Positions 13,160-24,200 of a stretch of 64,000 nt of DNA are shown in pieces. Both the position numbers and the translations under genes were made by a program. The stretch is taken from contig JAUCBJ010007758.1 of assembly GCA_032718475.1 (NCBI GenBank), positions 1-64,000 on the forward strand, written 5' to 3'. The number at the start of each line of letters is the position of its first letter. Positions within the stretch are counted from its first letter, which is position 1. The notes beneath the pieces are model-generated. The model ran no database searches and had not been told where the DNA came from. It saw only the letters and a program-made list of their open reading frames with translations. The stretch comes from Nemertoderma westbladi. Its lineage: Eukaryota; Animalia; Xenacoelomorpha.

Positions 13160-15349
13160 GTGCTTCTGGATTGCGGTGTAAGCAATCAAGTCTAAAGTAC
13201 CGGTACCGGTCGAACGGTAACCTGTACTGCTGTAGGCCTGTAGGCCCAACTGCCCGAACCGGTACTTACAGTACAGGTACAGCAGTATTATTCGATTTTT
13301 ATAATTATATACCGGTAGGCCTTAATAATTAATCAGGGATGGCCGCCCTGGTTTTTTATTGAGATTTTACTTGTTTCTGTCAAGTTTTATTTATTTGTAG
13401 GTCAGTATTGAGCAGAAGGCGTGTAAGCCTGCTCAGATTGCACAGATAATTTGTAGGCTGGACTGTTGTCTAACCGTTGTTAAGTCTGAACGGATTGCAG
13501 TGTGTGTAGACCATCTGTCCGATAAAGTGCTAGTTAGGAAAGTAGGGGCTTCAAGTGCTGTGAGGTAAACCCCCTGTGAAAGAATAAGTCGTACTACTGG
13601 GTTAGAACGCATACTAACTAATCATTTCGGAGTTTGCATATACTGTAGTTTATTTAGGCTTGATAGTAGTCTGCCAGCGATTGGTCTGTACTTTGTTTGT
13701 GTAGTCTGTATGGGTAGCATATAATTTTATTTAGATAATTTGTAGGCTGGATAGTTGTCTGACTGTTGTTGGGTTTGAGGAAATTTCAGTGTGTATAGAG
13801 CATCTGTCCGATAAAGTGCTAGTTGGGAACGTAGGGGCTTCAAGTGCTGTGAGGTAAACCCCCTGTGAAAGAATAAGTCGTACTACTAGGTTAGAACACA
13901 TACTAACTAATCATTTCGGAGTCTGCATATACCGTAGTTTGTTTAGGCTTGATAGTAGTCTGTCAGTATTTGGTCTGCATTTTGTTTGAATAGTCTGTAC
14001 GCGTAGCGTAATATTTATTATTCAGAGTTTATGCGATTATTCGCAACATTCATATCCCCAAGTTTATTCCTACAGTAATTGTGTTTGTTATACATACCGT
14101 TATAGTTAAACTAACCCCGGTACTACATCAGGGCTGCTCGGCGTAGGTAAAGACTGGAGATTTTGTGCTTTGGTCACTCCGGCAGATACCGTGGTTCTTT
14201 TAGCTGTTCAAGTATTTTTAACTACTGATTATTTGTTGTACAAGTACTTGTACCTAATTTAGGGTTTAGTGTACAGTGCTTTCCGAAGGTAATTAGCGTG
14301 TAGGCAGTATATTTGTGTTGTAAAGTGGTTAATAGGCACGTTGGTTCTGGTAGACCGCGGTAATTAATCTCTAGGTAGGAACACTCCGTGATACATAACG
14401 TAGTACCTATAGCGATACGGTTATAGGTCGTCAGGCGGTGGTATTTTCCTATCTGGACAACGCAGTATATTTACTACTACTTATTATTTTCAAATACCGT
14501 AGTAACCTGTCCGTTGTAATAACCAGATATTCTAACCCTTTGTTAGGCTGGTTAGTAGACTTCTTGTAAAATTACCCTAAAAATTCTTATTTGTGTATTT
14601 GTAATTAAATTTTTGTGTTTATTTAGAGATTGTAATCTCAACCCGAATTGTACGTAATTTGTAGTATTAAGTAACTTAGTTAAATTATAATTATTTGTTT
14701 TAGTGTCTAACAAGTAGCACGCCACTGAGAGCGCACAGCTTATGTGTGGTGACTCCCCCAGAAATAATAACATTTATTTCAAACATTGACAAAACCCATT
14801 AAACGGGTATATATATATTATAAATCAACTCAAATGATTTATAAATAGTAGGCCTGCCATACAACAATTAGGTCTCAATATCAGTTGGACTACTGCTTAA
14901 ATAACGGTAATAAAGTAAGTTAAAGTAACCAAGTAACCCTTAAAATTGAGAAATTTAATTATTTAAATAATTGATATACCGGTATTCACGATAGGCCTAT
15001 TATATATATAAATTTAGGCTGAAATCATACCGGTATTCTGTAATTAATTCTAGTCTGTAATTATACTTATATATATACATTATAAGTGTAAGCTGTATAC
15101 CGGTATTCACGATAGGCCTATTATATATATAAATTGAGGCTGAAATCATACCGGTATTCTGTAATTAATTCTAGTTACTAATAATACTTATATATACTAT
15201 AAGCATACCGGTATTCTAATATTATATATATATCACACTACACGGAGTAGCAGTATCGGTAATTAATTACTAGGCTAGCAGTTAATGCTGAATTACTAGA
15301 CTTGCTTAGGCTGTAATATAGCAGTAGGCATTCAACTGTGCAAACAAAC
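13160..15349 (+). other. ~2.2-kb 5' leader of element W
   Basis: Collinear homology to the X and Y leaders; ~300-bp internal tandem duplication (~13445-14010); many TACCGGTA palindromes. Confidence 0.8.
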
Positions 15350-15482
15350 ATGTCTGATACTAAGCAGAACTTGTCAGACAGTTTATTAGATGTAACTATC
15401 TGCGACTCAGATAAGGGTGTAGAACCGTCTACACCTAAGTTCAGTTCACCTCCCACTGTGAGGAAGGTCATCCCTCCAGTAG
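15350..15482 (+). pseudogene. gag: Start of W gag, truncated by the Z LTR
   Basis: MSDTKQNLSDSLLDVTICDSD..PPTVRKVIPPVV matches the Y gag N-terminus; homology stops at 15482, where TGTTG begins. Confidence 0.85.
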
Positions 15483-15668
15483 TGTTGCCGTTATCCCTAC
15501 ACCAGGGGGGGAAAAACGCCAATGCTGGAGACGTGACTTAACAGACCACCGAGCCCCGGCCAGTCACCGGATATTGATTGTGGGGAGGGAATATTTTCTG
15601 AGATGCAAGTTTGCCGTTGATAAAAAGCTGCATTAGTTGGATATACTCTTTAATGTAACTTCCTATAG

Positions 15669-15878
15669 TTGAAACCCGTTCAACATCATTGAAACTTGTT
15701 CAACATCATTGAAACTTGTTCAACATCATTGAAACTTGTTCAACATCATTGAAACTTGTTCAACATCATTGAAACTTGTTCAACATCATTGAAACTTGTT
15801 CAACATCATTGAAACTTGTTCAACATCATTGAAACTTGTTCAACATCATTGAAACTTGTTCAACATCATTGAAACTTG
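15669..15878. repeat. Perfect 20-bp tandem repeat (CAACATCATTGAAACTTGTT)x~10
   Basis: Directly visible; no spacers. Confidence 0.95.
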
Positions 15879-16064
15879 ATTAAGAATAATTTTGGGCTTC
15901 CCCAAATCAATATACACCAAATATTCACAATAATTATACACGATAATATAAATCCCTACGGTATATTATTTAGTAACCCACTGTTCGCTCAGAATTTTAG
16001 CCTACCTAATGTTCCCCAGATTTTCCCTCGGTCCTAGTCTTAGTGCCGTAGTGTCGGTGTCGGT

Positions 16065-16975
16065 CGACCCTGTCGCGTGTCCGTTCCACCCCTCACGAAC
16101 CCCGAAGGGGACGATCATCGAGAACCAGCACGGCTTGGCTAAGGGTCGGTCCAGTCGGTAGACTCTGTCGCGTATCCGTACCACCCCTCTCGAACCCCGA
16201 AGGGTTCGGTCATCGAGAACCAGTACGGCTTGGCTAGGAGTCTGTCGTGTCGGTGGACCCGTTCGCGTGTCGGTTCCACCCCTCACGAACCCCGAAGGGT
16301 TCGATCATCGAGAACCAGAACGGCTTGGCTAGGGGTCCGTCGGTTCATCACAGAAACCCAACCACCTAGGCTTTCCGAGTCCGTTTCAGGCTCGTAGTCG
16401 CTTTGGCAGCCGAGAAACTGCTCCGAACAGTCGGTAGGCCAGTAGAGTCTAGTCGAGTCTAGTCCTTTGTCTTTCGACCCCATCGCGTGTCCGTTCCACC
16501 CCTCACGAACCCTGAAGGGAACGATCATCGAGAACCAGTACGGCTTGGCTAAGGGGTATGTCGTCGGTTCCCGTCGCAAATCCCAGTACAAGCAGTCAGC
16601 GTTCCGAGTTCTTTTCAGTCTCGTAGTAGCTGCCGTTGACCAGAGACCGCTAAGGGCAGTTCTCGTCAAACCCATCCTGTGGCCAGCCCTTTCGCATGTC
16701 CGTCCCACCCCTCACGAACCCTGAAGGGATCGGTCATCGAGAACCAGTACGGCTTAGGTCAGGGGGCAGTCGTTAGTTGGCCACCCGTTCGCGTGTCCGC
16801 TCCACCCCTCACGAACCCCGAAGGGAACGATCATCGAGAACCAGAACGGCTTGGCTACTAAGGGGCCATCGGTGCCCGTCGCAAATCCCTGACACAAGCA
16901 GTCAGCGGTCCGAGTTCTTTTCAGTCTCGTAATGGCTGCTGTTGGCCAGGGACCGCTAAGGGCAGTCCTTGTCCT
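16065..16975 (-). repeat. Array of six ~72-nt structured repeats separated by variable 20-145 nt spacers
   Basis: Repeats start at ~16071, 16166, 16262, 16483, 16691 and 16788, with core CCACCCCTCACGAACCCCGAAGGG..CATCGAGAACCAG.ACGGCTTGG. Confidence 0.9.
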
Positions 16976-17442
16976 TTAGGCCTGGCGCATTACCAAATCC
17001 ACCCCTACAGGCAGCAGGAAGTTGGCCAGGGCCTAATAGTACTCAGGCTAACCTGAATACTGCTTGCATTTTCCATCCCCCCCTGGCCCTTATAACTATG
17101 AAATTATTCCCGTACCCTGTAAGTTGCCCCAAAGTTTGCCCATAAATCGCCCCCAGTTTATCGAATGTGCCCAAAACCCATGGTCCCGCACCCAGTAGTA
17201 ATATCGGAATAATCAATTTTAAATAAATACAAAAATATTCAACTCGCGTTATGGAAAGTTGAAATACCGCGAACAGTCCCCCCCAATGACCTTTGTGAAG
17301 TCTGTCGGTCGATTGAGTTTGCGTAGGTCATTCTCAATATAAAAAAAACCCAAATTTAATATTGCATAGTTTTTAATTAATTTGGCCTAGAGTTTGTATA
17401 AAAATAAATGTTCGATAAATGTTCCTGGAATATCCCGATCCA

Positions 17443-20032
17443 CTATTTCTTTCTCTGATACGCCTTTCGTCTCTTCGCCCGTCGACTCTCATTGATCGCT
17501 ATGGCTGGTAGAGGAGCGTCAACGTCCATCGTGAGTAACGCTTCGGCTTGTCTCCTGGCGGCTCTTCCTTTCGAAGGCATCGGGATCATGTCGGTTCGTC
17601 TTTCCAACTCAGATTTGCGTGCCTCTAGGAACCATTCTCCGTCACCGAACTCCTCTTTATACGATTATAATCGTCTAATGACTTCAAATGGACCGAATAA
17701 TCCGGCGCTCAGTAGTAGATCCACGTAATGGAAAGGTAGCGTGGCCGACGTGTGGAGGCGTTCCGTGAAGGAGAAATATCCGCACGCCATCTCCTGCGCG
17801 ATATTCCGAGCGTTTCTCCGAACCTTGGTCTTTAAATGGCTGTTTGCGTATGTTTCAAACATGACCATATTGCCCATAGCGGTAACGTCTTTGGTTGGAC
17901 ATTTGATATAGCAGTGGGGGCTAGAGGAATGTCCACGGAAACCACACGTGGTGCAGAGGTTATAAAGGATCGGGCAGACAGAAACGTCGTGGCCCGATGT
18001 CGCGCAGTATGGGCAATAGAGTATCCCGAGGAGCTGGAGGCAAGAATCGGTAACCCGATTCCTTCTGCCGCGTGGGCACTGCTCCGAGCCGCAGTCGCCG
18101 CATACCTCCAACTGCATCTCTTGACCGGGGAATATCGGAATCGGGACGCCGACGTAGTATTCGAGTCGTCGGTCGCTCTTTGGAATATTCTCGGTGGTCG
18201 GTAGCCCGCGGAATGCTAGGCTTTTGCGTAGTAGGTTCTCGCTCCGATAACCTTCTTTGTGTCCCGCTGGTCTCAACTCGGACGACCGTTTCTGGCGGTG
18301 GATCCATTCAGTTTGCTCGGCGTACCAACGGGTTAGTCGCATAGGGTCCTGAGGAACGACGGGTGTAGTAGCCACCGCTGGTCGGCGAAGTGGTGCCGGG
18401 GTTTTCGACGGAGGGATACTGAGGAGATCGTCGGGGGTCTGCGCGTCGCTGGGGCCCTCCTCGATCAGTATCGCTGCGCGGGTCCGTTGGTGGCTGGTAC
18501 TCGGAATCTCCGACGACCAATCTTCGCCACCCGGGAAAGGATACGGGGATAACCGTTGGCATATGTCGCCGAAGTCGCTCAATGCAGCTGTAGTAGCCAC
18601 CTCCCTCGCGGGGCTACCGGAGCCGCGTGGAGTGTAAACGCCTGCTCTCTTCATCGGTTCGGTCGAGGCAACCCGTTTGGCGGCCGGTCCATACGCGGCC
18701 TCCGGCTCGAGTTGTCGCTTCGGGGTGGAGAGTAGAACACCCTCGTTTAGCCATATCTCTTCCCCTTCCGAAGAGATCAGAGGCTCCTCCGCACCGAGAA
18801 GTTCGGTAATCGTAAGGATGTCGTAAGGTCCGCTCTCGTCCCAGGAATCGATAACGGCGGGTGTTTTCGATTCTCCCGGAGTAATGTTCTCGACCGCTTT
18901 AAACGCGTGGTTTATAACCTCGTTCCAGTCGTAGTCGACGAAGGAAAGGGGGACCGCCGTAATAAGGCTATCGAGAGTTTTACAGATAAACTTAGCGACG
19001 GTGTAGCATTCCATAACGACGTAAACGTAGTTCCGTCGATCGGGATTCTCCCATCTTTGGTGTATCGTCCACTTCTGATCAACGTCCTTCCATCGACCCT
19101 CTCGCTCGCTCTTTATTTCCAATCCCGGGTATCCACCGTATATTTTATTATAGTCCCGGAATTTCTGGGGTTTGAAGTCGATACCGCCATTTAGCACAGC
19201 GAGGTAGCCGATCCCGGATTTCGTCGGTCTCACCTCGCATGAACTCGGCGAATCGTAACCAGGCTAGTAACGTTTGAGTGTCGATGCAATGGCTAAGGGC
19301 GTTGAGGTCGTCTCGTCGGCTTCTTCCTGTAGGAGCGTTCGCGTAGTCGTTCCGGACGTCCGCCTTGATATCCGACCCGATTTTAATGACGTCGAAGTAG
19401 AAGAGGATCTTTTGGATTTCCGGAGGCAGCAACCAGATCACTCCGGCTGCCTGCACTTCCTGTCTGGGTGTCGGGAATATTCGGCACACCAGTACCAAAC
19501 CGTCCAGGGTTCCGAGGACGACGACTAAGGATCGACCGTATTCTTTCGCCCCGTACTTTTCCTGGTAGTCGTCGCGGTTTTGGATAATCGATACGCGTTC
19601 CTCTCGAAGCGTCGCCGTACACTCCGACAGGTTTCCCCAGTGGGCGAGGTACGTACTCTTGTCGTCGACGAAACTTTGACATCTTGCCAACGTAATCGCT
19701 TTCGAGGTGGGCGTCGCGTTTCCCTCGTTGTCGTAGATCAAACATCGGGATCTGTAGACGCTCTGCCGGAACGTTTCCCAAAACGACGAATCGTCCCCTC
19801 CGGTTGCCTTTGCGTTCCGAGTTCTTTTCAGTCTCGTACTAGCATCGGCTAACCGGAGGGCTCGTAGATTCTTAGAATCCGGCCCCTCTCGCCCGGTGAA
19901 TTTAATGACTCGCACGTTCTCATTTAGCAGGGTGCTCCAATTTATATCAAAGTCAGGGGATCCAGGTTGCGAATATTCCAGTAGATCTATCGTGTTACGT
20001 AATTCGCCGATAATTTGGAGATTTGGGTCCAT
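17443..20032 (-). pseudogene. Z third ORF (~860 aa): DEDDy 3'-5' exonuclease-like domain, Cys/His zinc module and basic tail
   Basis: ORFs 19148..20032 and 17665..19233 join by one frameshift, and the frame continues past TAA 17665 to ..SRRAKRRKAYQRKK* (17443). Motifs: LPPEIQKIL..VIKIGSDIKAD..IDTQ..GIGYLA (WRN/EXD-like); YCPYCATSGHDVSVCP..CTTCGFRGH. Confidence 0.65.
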
Positions 20033-20586
20033 ATTTACGATTATATCCGTTACAAATTAGATCAGTTAGTTATAAGTCCAGAAAGTCTGAAACTATAGCG
20101 ATAGCAGAATAATTCAGTTTTTTTTTATTTAATTCAGTTTATTAATAACATTGCTATATAGGCATCTATCATCTTATTGCTAATACATTCAGCATTTACA
20201 GTTACTATAACTATACATTAATATCCAACCAGTTTTTTTTATGACTTTTTTGTCCTTTTCTTTTTTCTAATTATTTTCTTTAGACTTTTTATACCTTTTT
20301 TTGTCTTTTTTCATTTCATTATTATTTCATCTTATTTCAATTATTTCCACATATTTCAACACATTTATTTCCACCATTTATTTCACATTTATTTATTTCC
20401 ACATCATCATTGGGTTTATAGCCCCCCGGCTATCATCATTGGTTATAAGCGCAGCACCAGGGTGCGCATCATTTCATTTTCATCAGTATACGCGTCATCA
20501 TTCAGGTTTATAGCAGAGTTGTCTGATCCTTTTCATCGTTTCCAACTATATTCAATCATTTTCTTTGGTTAATCTTTGTCGTGGAA

Positions 20587-21010
20587 GGGGTGTTACGCGG
20601 CAATCTGGGATCTACAGCTGGACTCGTTACACCGCCTATGCCCCAAACTGCGCACGTAACGGACAATGAAGACGCTAGGAGTGAAGTCACGTGGGTGCAC
20701 CAGGGACCCACCAGAATAACACTCCCAACAACATAAAGCTCAGTCGACGAAGTCATGTGGGATGGGGTTACGCAACATTCTGGGATCTACAGCTGGACTC
20801 GTTACACCGCCTACGCCCCAAAATCCACGCAACGGTCCCACCAGAATAACGCGACTGAGAAACATAAAACCCTCTATCGTCGAAGTCATGTGGATGCACC
20901 ATGGACCCACCAGAATAACGGGATAGAGGGGGTGTTGCGTGGCAATCCGGGATCTACAGCTGGACTCGTTACACCGCCTACGCCCCGAACTGCGCACGCA
21001 ACGGACAACA
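20587..21010. repeat. Interspersed GC-rich repeats between Z integrase and ORF3
   Basis: Three copies of GGGATCTACAGCTGGACTCGTTACACCGCCTA.GCCCC alternate with CCCACCAGAATAAC modules. Confidence 0.85.
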
Positions 21011-21281
21011 TAACATACTGCGATGAATACAATGAATTCCACTTCAAATCTTCACCATTTCCAATAATCCAATATCGTAGGTCCTGATGACCAAAATCAG
21101 GGTAAACAATGCATAAACGACCCTGCGTTGGTCGAAACATCTGCAGGGTGATGCTGGACTCCACATAACACACGAGGAAACACAAATACCATTGCGTGGT
21201 TACAGTTGGTTTAAGGGGGGTCCATAACTCATTGTCAGTAAATCACAGCTTAAAAGAGTTTGTCAACATGATGAGAAGGGT

Positions 21282-24200
21282 TTAAACGCATTTGTCATTG
21301 TCACCGATGTCTGCAGCAGGATCCATAGTAGGGAACTTATCACCTCTTGTAGAATCACCACTGTCATTGCCTTCAAGAAGGCACAGCTTCTGGATGGGGC
21401 GTTGGTAGTGGCCCGATTTCGTTCGTATCGTCACAGTCCTCGCAAGTCCGTCTTTGCTTGGGTGTATGGTCACGACCCGCGCCACAGGCCAGTGAATGCG
21501 GTCTTTGAGATCTTCTTTAACTAGTACCATGTCGCCAACTGCGACGTTCCGGTAGGTGTTGTTCCATTTCCTCCTGGTCCGGAGGGTTATGAGGTACTCC
21601 CGGGCCCAAATTCTCCACCAATGCACTGCCAACGCTTGGGCCTTTTTCCAGTTTGTATGTTTCGCGATCTCGCTGGGATCCGGGAACATGGTCTCTGGGA
21701 GAACGTGGGTTTTGGGTCTCCCCAGTAGGTGGTTAGGAGTGAGGGACTCAACTGAGGCGTTCGCCATCCGGGTATTACGGCAGATTAGTCCGTGCTCTCC
21801 CGTTAATGGTGTCAATGTTATCAACGTCATTATTATCATCAACAATCTTATTAGCCACCAAATCATGGGCACGCGACAATGTCCGTCTTTGAACGTGGCC
21901 TGATCAAAAATGTTGGTACAATATTGATCTTCCTCGGACAGATTCTCGTCCTTCTCGGCAAACTCTTGGGTCTCCACATTAAAGCATCCGGTCATCTCCC
22001 GCTGGGTTCTCTCGGTTTCGAGAAATAAATCCTCATCGAGGTCTGTAGCTGAGCAATATCCCACGGAGGTTACATTCTCTTTAATCTGACATTTAGGAAG
22101 GTAGGTATAGGTGTCCGTAGTTTCCTCCTTAATGCCGCAGAGTGTCCATCCCATTATTGTTTGTTCAGCATAAAATCCATCATCCTGGTTTATAGATCGA
22201 GTGATATCTCCGGTGGGGATGTGTAGTTCCGGTGTATCAAGTCCGATCAGTAGGGTGATACGGTTCACGTCCAACTGCGGACACCTCAGGTCTACATCGT
22301 CTCGGTCCAATTGTATGAGGGGGGCGTACTCGGCTGATTGTCGGAACCGCACCCGGAGGTCTGTGTGTACCAAGGCGTTCTTGATGGTTAACTTAGCCGT
22401 TTCGTAGCCCTTCATCACTCCTTCCATCTGGAGTTGTACCTCCCCGGACTCTACTTCTCTGTTATCGGTGATGGTTTGTATGGGCCGTTTACAAGGTTCA
22501 TATTCTAGGCCGAGTTGCTCGAGGAAATCCCGGTCGATGATGGTTCCGTCAGACCCGTTATCGAGGAACGCGAGTGTCGTCAAAGATTTGCCGACTCCTT
22601 GGATCCTTACTGGGATTACCTTTGCGAAAACCATGTAGCAGCGATTTATAAGATTAATCGTGGCCGAAATATTGGTTACTTGTGGTGTATCGGCGGAGAT
22701 TTTAAACGGGTTGGTTTCTCTCCGTTGGGTTGTCCGGGTTCCTTTGAAGATGTGGTTTGTTTCTCCTCTTCGCCTGGCTTCGATCCGAAAGGGGAGGGTA
22801 GTAAAATCGAAGTTCGCGGGGATGTGGAGGAGCGTGTGATGGCGTTGGTCGTTACAGACAGTACAGCATGATCTTTGGTCGCACTCCCGAACATAGTGAC
22901 CTGTTCCAAGACACCGGAAGCATCCTCGGTGTTTCATTATCGCCTCGAAGCATGGGACGAGTTCGGCGAACTGAAACTTTCTGCAGAATTTGAAATATTG
23001 AGTCATTTTCCAGCTCTTACGACTGTATAGGTCGGCACTAATGGGTTCTGATGCCGGCACAAGAAATGCTGGACTCTGCATTAGCAAATGATTCGGCGTT
23101 AATGCAACACCGTCTGGTAACATAGCTATCGGCCTCGAGTTTAGTGTATGCTCGATTTCAATGAAAGCTGTTGTTTCAATTGAGCCGATAATAGATTGAA
23201 TTCCTTTGGGAAGGCACGCATTTGATAGTACTTCAAATGCTTTAATTCCGCTTGATCAATCTCATCCTCTGTCAGAGGTTGTTTCAATTTCTGAATTCGC
23301 TCACTATTAGCGCTCATTTGTTCTCCTAAATGTTCCGAATGTTTTATACAAAGGTACGAAATATATCGGCTTAACCATGCAGTTCTTTTACAAATTGTCA
23401 GCCAAGAGGCAGACGAATTTAGTAATTTATCATAAATACTACATGGCTCTAATGCCAGCGACGGTTGTCCACTAACCAATGGAAGTTTCGAATCCAAACC
23501 CGCAGGTTTGGAAACCGAAGGCTCCATTATGTCGGTCATTTTCTGTCCGTCACTTACCAATTGTGACCGTCGTCTAGTCTGTAAGGGTGGTTTTACGTCA
23601 TAACTTACCCTTCCGGACCTAGTCGTCACGTAAGTCTGTAGGTCTGACAGGTCTCCGGGCCGCTCCAATGATTCTTCAGGCCGCTCCAATGACTCTTCAG
23701 GCCGCTCCAATGACTTGAGTTTGGCTTTCGACTTTGACTTGGAGACTTTCTCCACTTTGACTTCTGCATCTTCTGGCATCGGATTGGTCATTATCTTCAG
23801 TCGCTCTGGCCAATGTTCTGTGTCCTCGTTAGAAAATCAGGTCCATGCAACCAAAACTCCTGGGACTCTTCCTGACAGAATTCCCCCGGCATAGCACCTC
23901 TCGAAGTTATGTCGGCCGGGTTTAAAACTCCCGGACAATGTCTCTATTGTTCCTTCGTCGAGAAGTCGACGATGATGGTTCCGTCAGACCCGTTATCGAG
24001 GAACGCGAGTGTCGTCAAAGATTTGCCGACTCCTTGGATCCTTACTGGGATTACCTTTGCGAAAACCATGTAGCGGCGATTTATAAGATTAATCGTGGCC
24101 AAAATATTGGTTACTTGTGGTGTATCGGTGGAGATTTTAAACGGGTTGGTTTCTCTCCGTTGGGTTGTCCGGGTTCCTTTGAAGATGTGGTTTGTTTCTC

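Larger units (their letters stand above)
15483..17275 (-). mobile_element. Putative 3' LTR of BEL element Z
   Basis: TGTT...AACA termini; a G-rich PPT (sense GGGGGGGAC, 17276-17284) directly precedes it; it begins exactly where W gag breaks. The partner LTR was not found in the window. Confidence 0.65.

Noticed and set aside
15669-16975. CRISPR array
   Set aside because: Eukaryotic LTR context and no cas genes. The 20-bp repeat has no spacers; the 72-nt repeats are too long and their spacers too variable in length.
16065-16975. Hammerhead ribozymes or SECIS elements in the repeats
   Set aside because: The core is CUCGAUGA rather than CUGAUGA, with no GAAA partner; the apical stem is too short and lacks the AAR loop of a SECIS.
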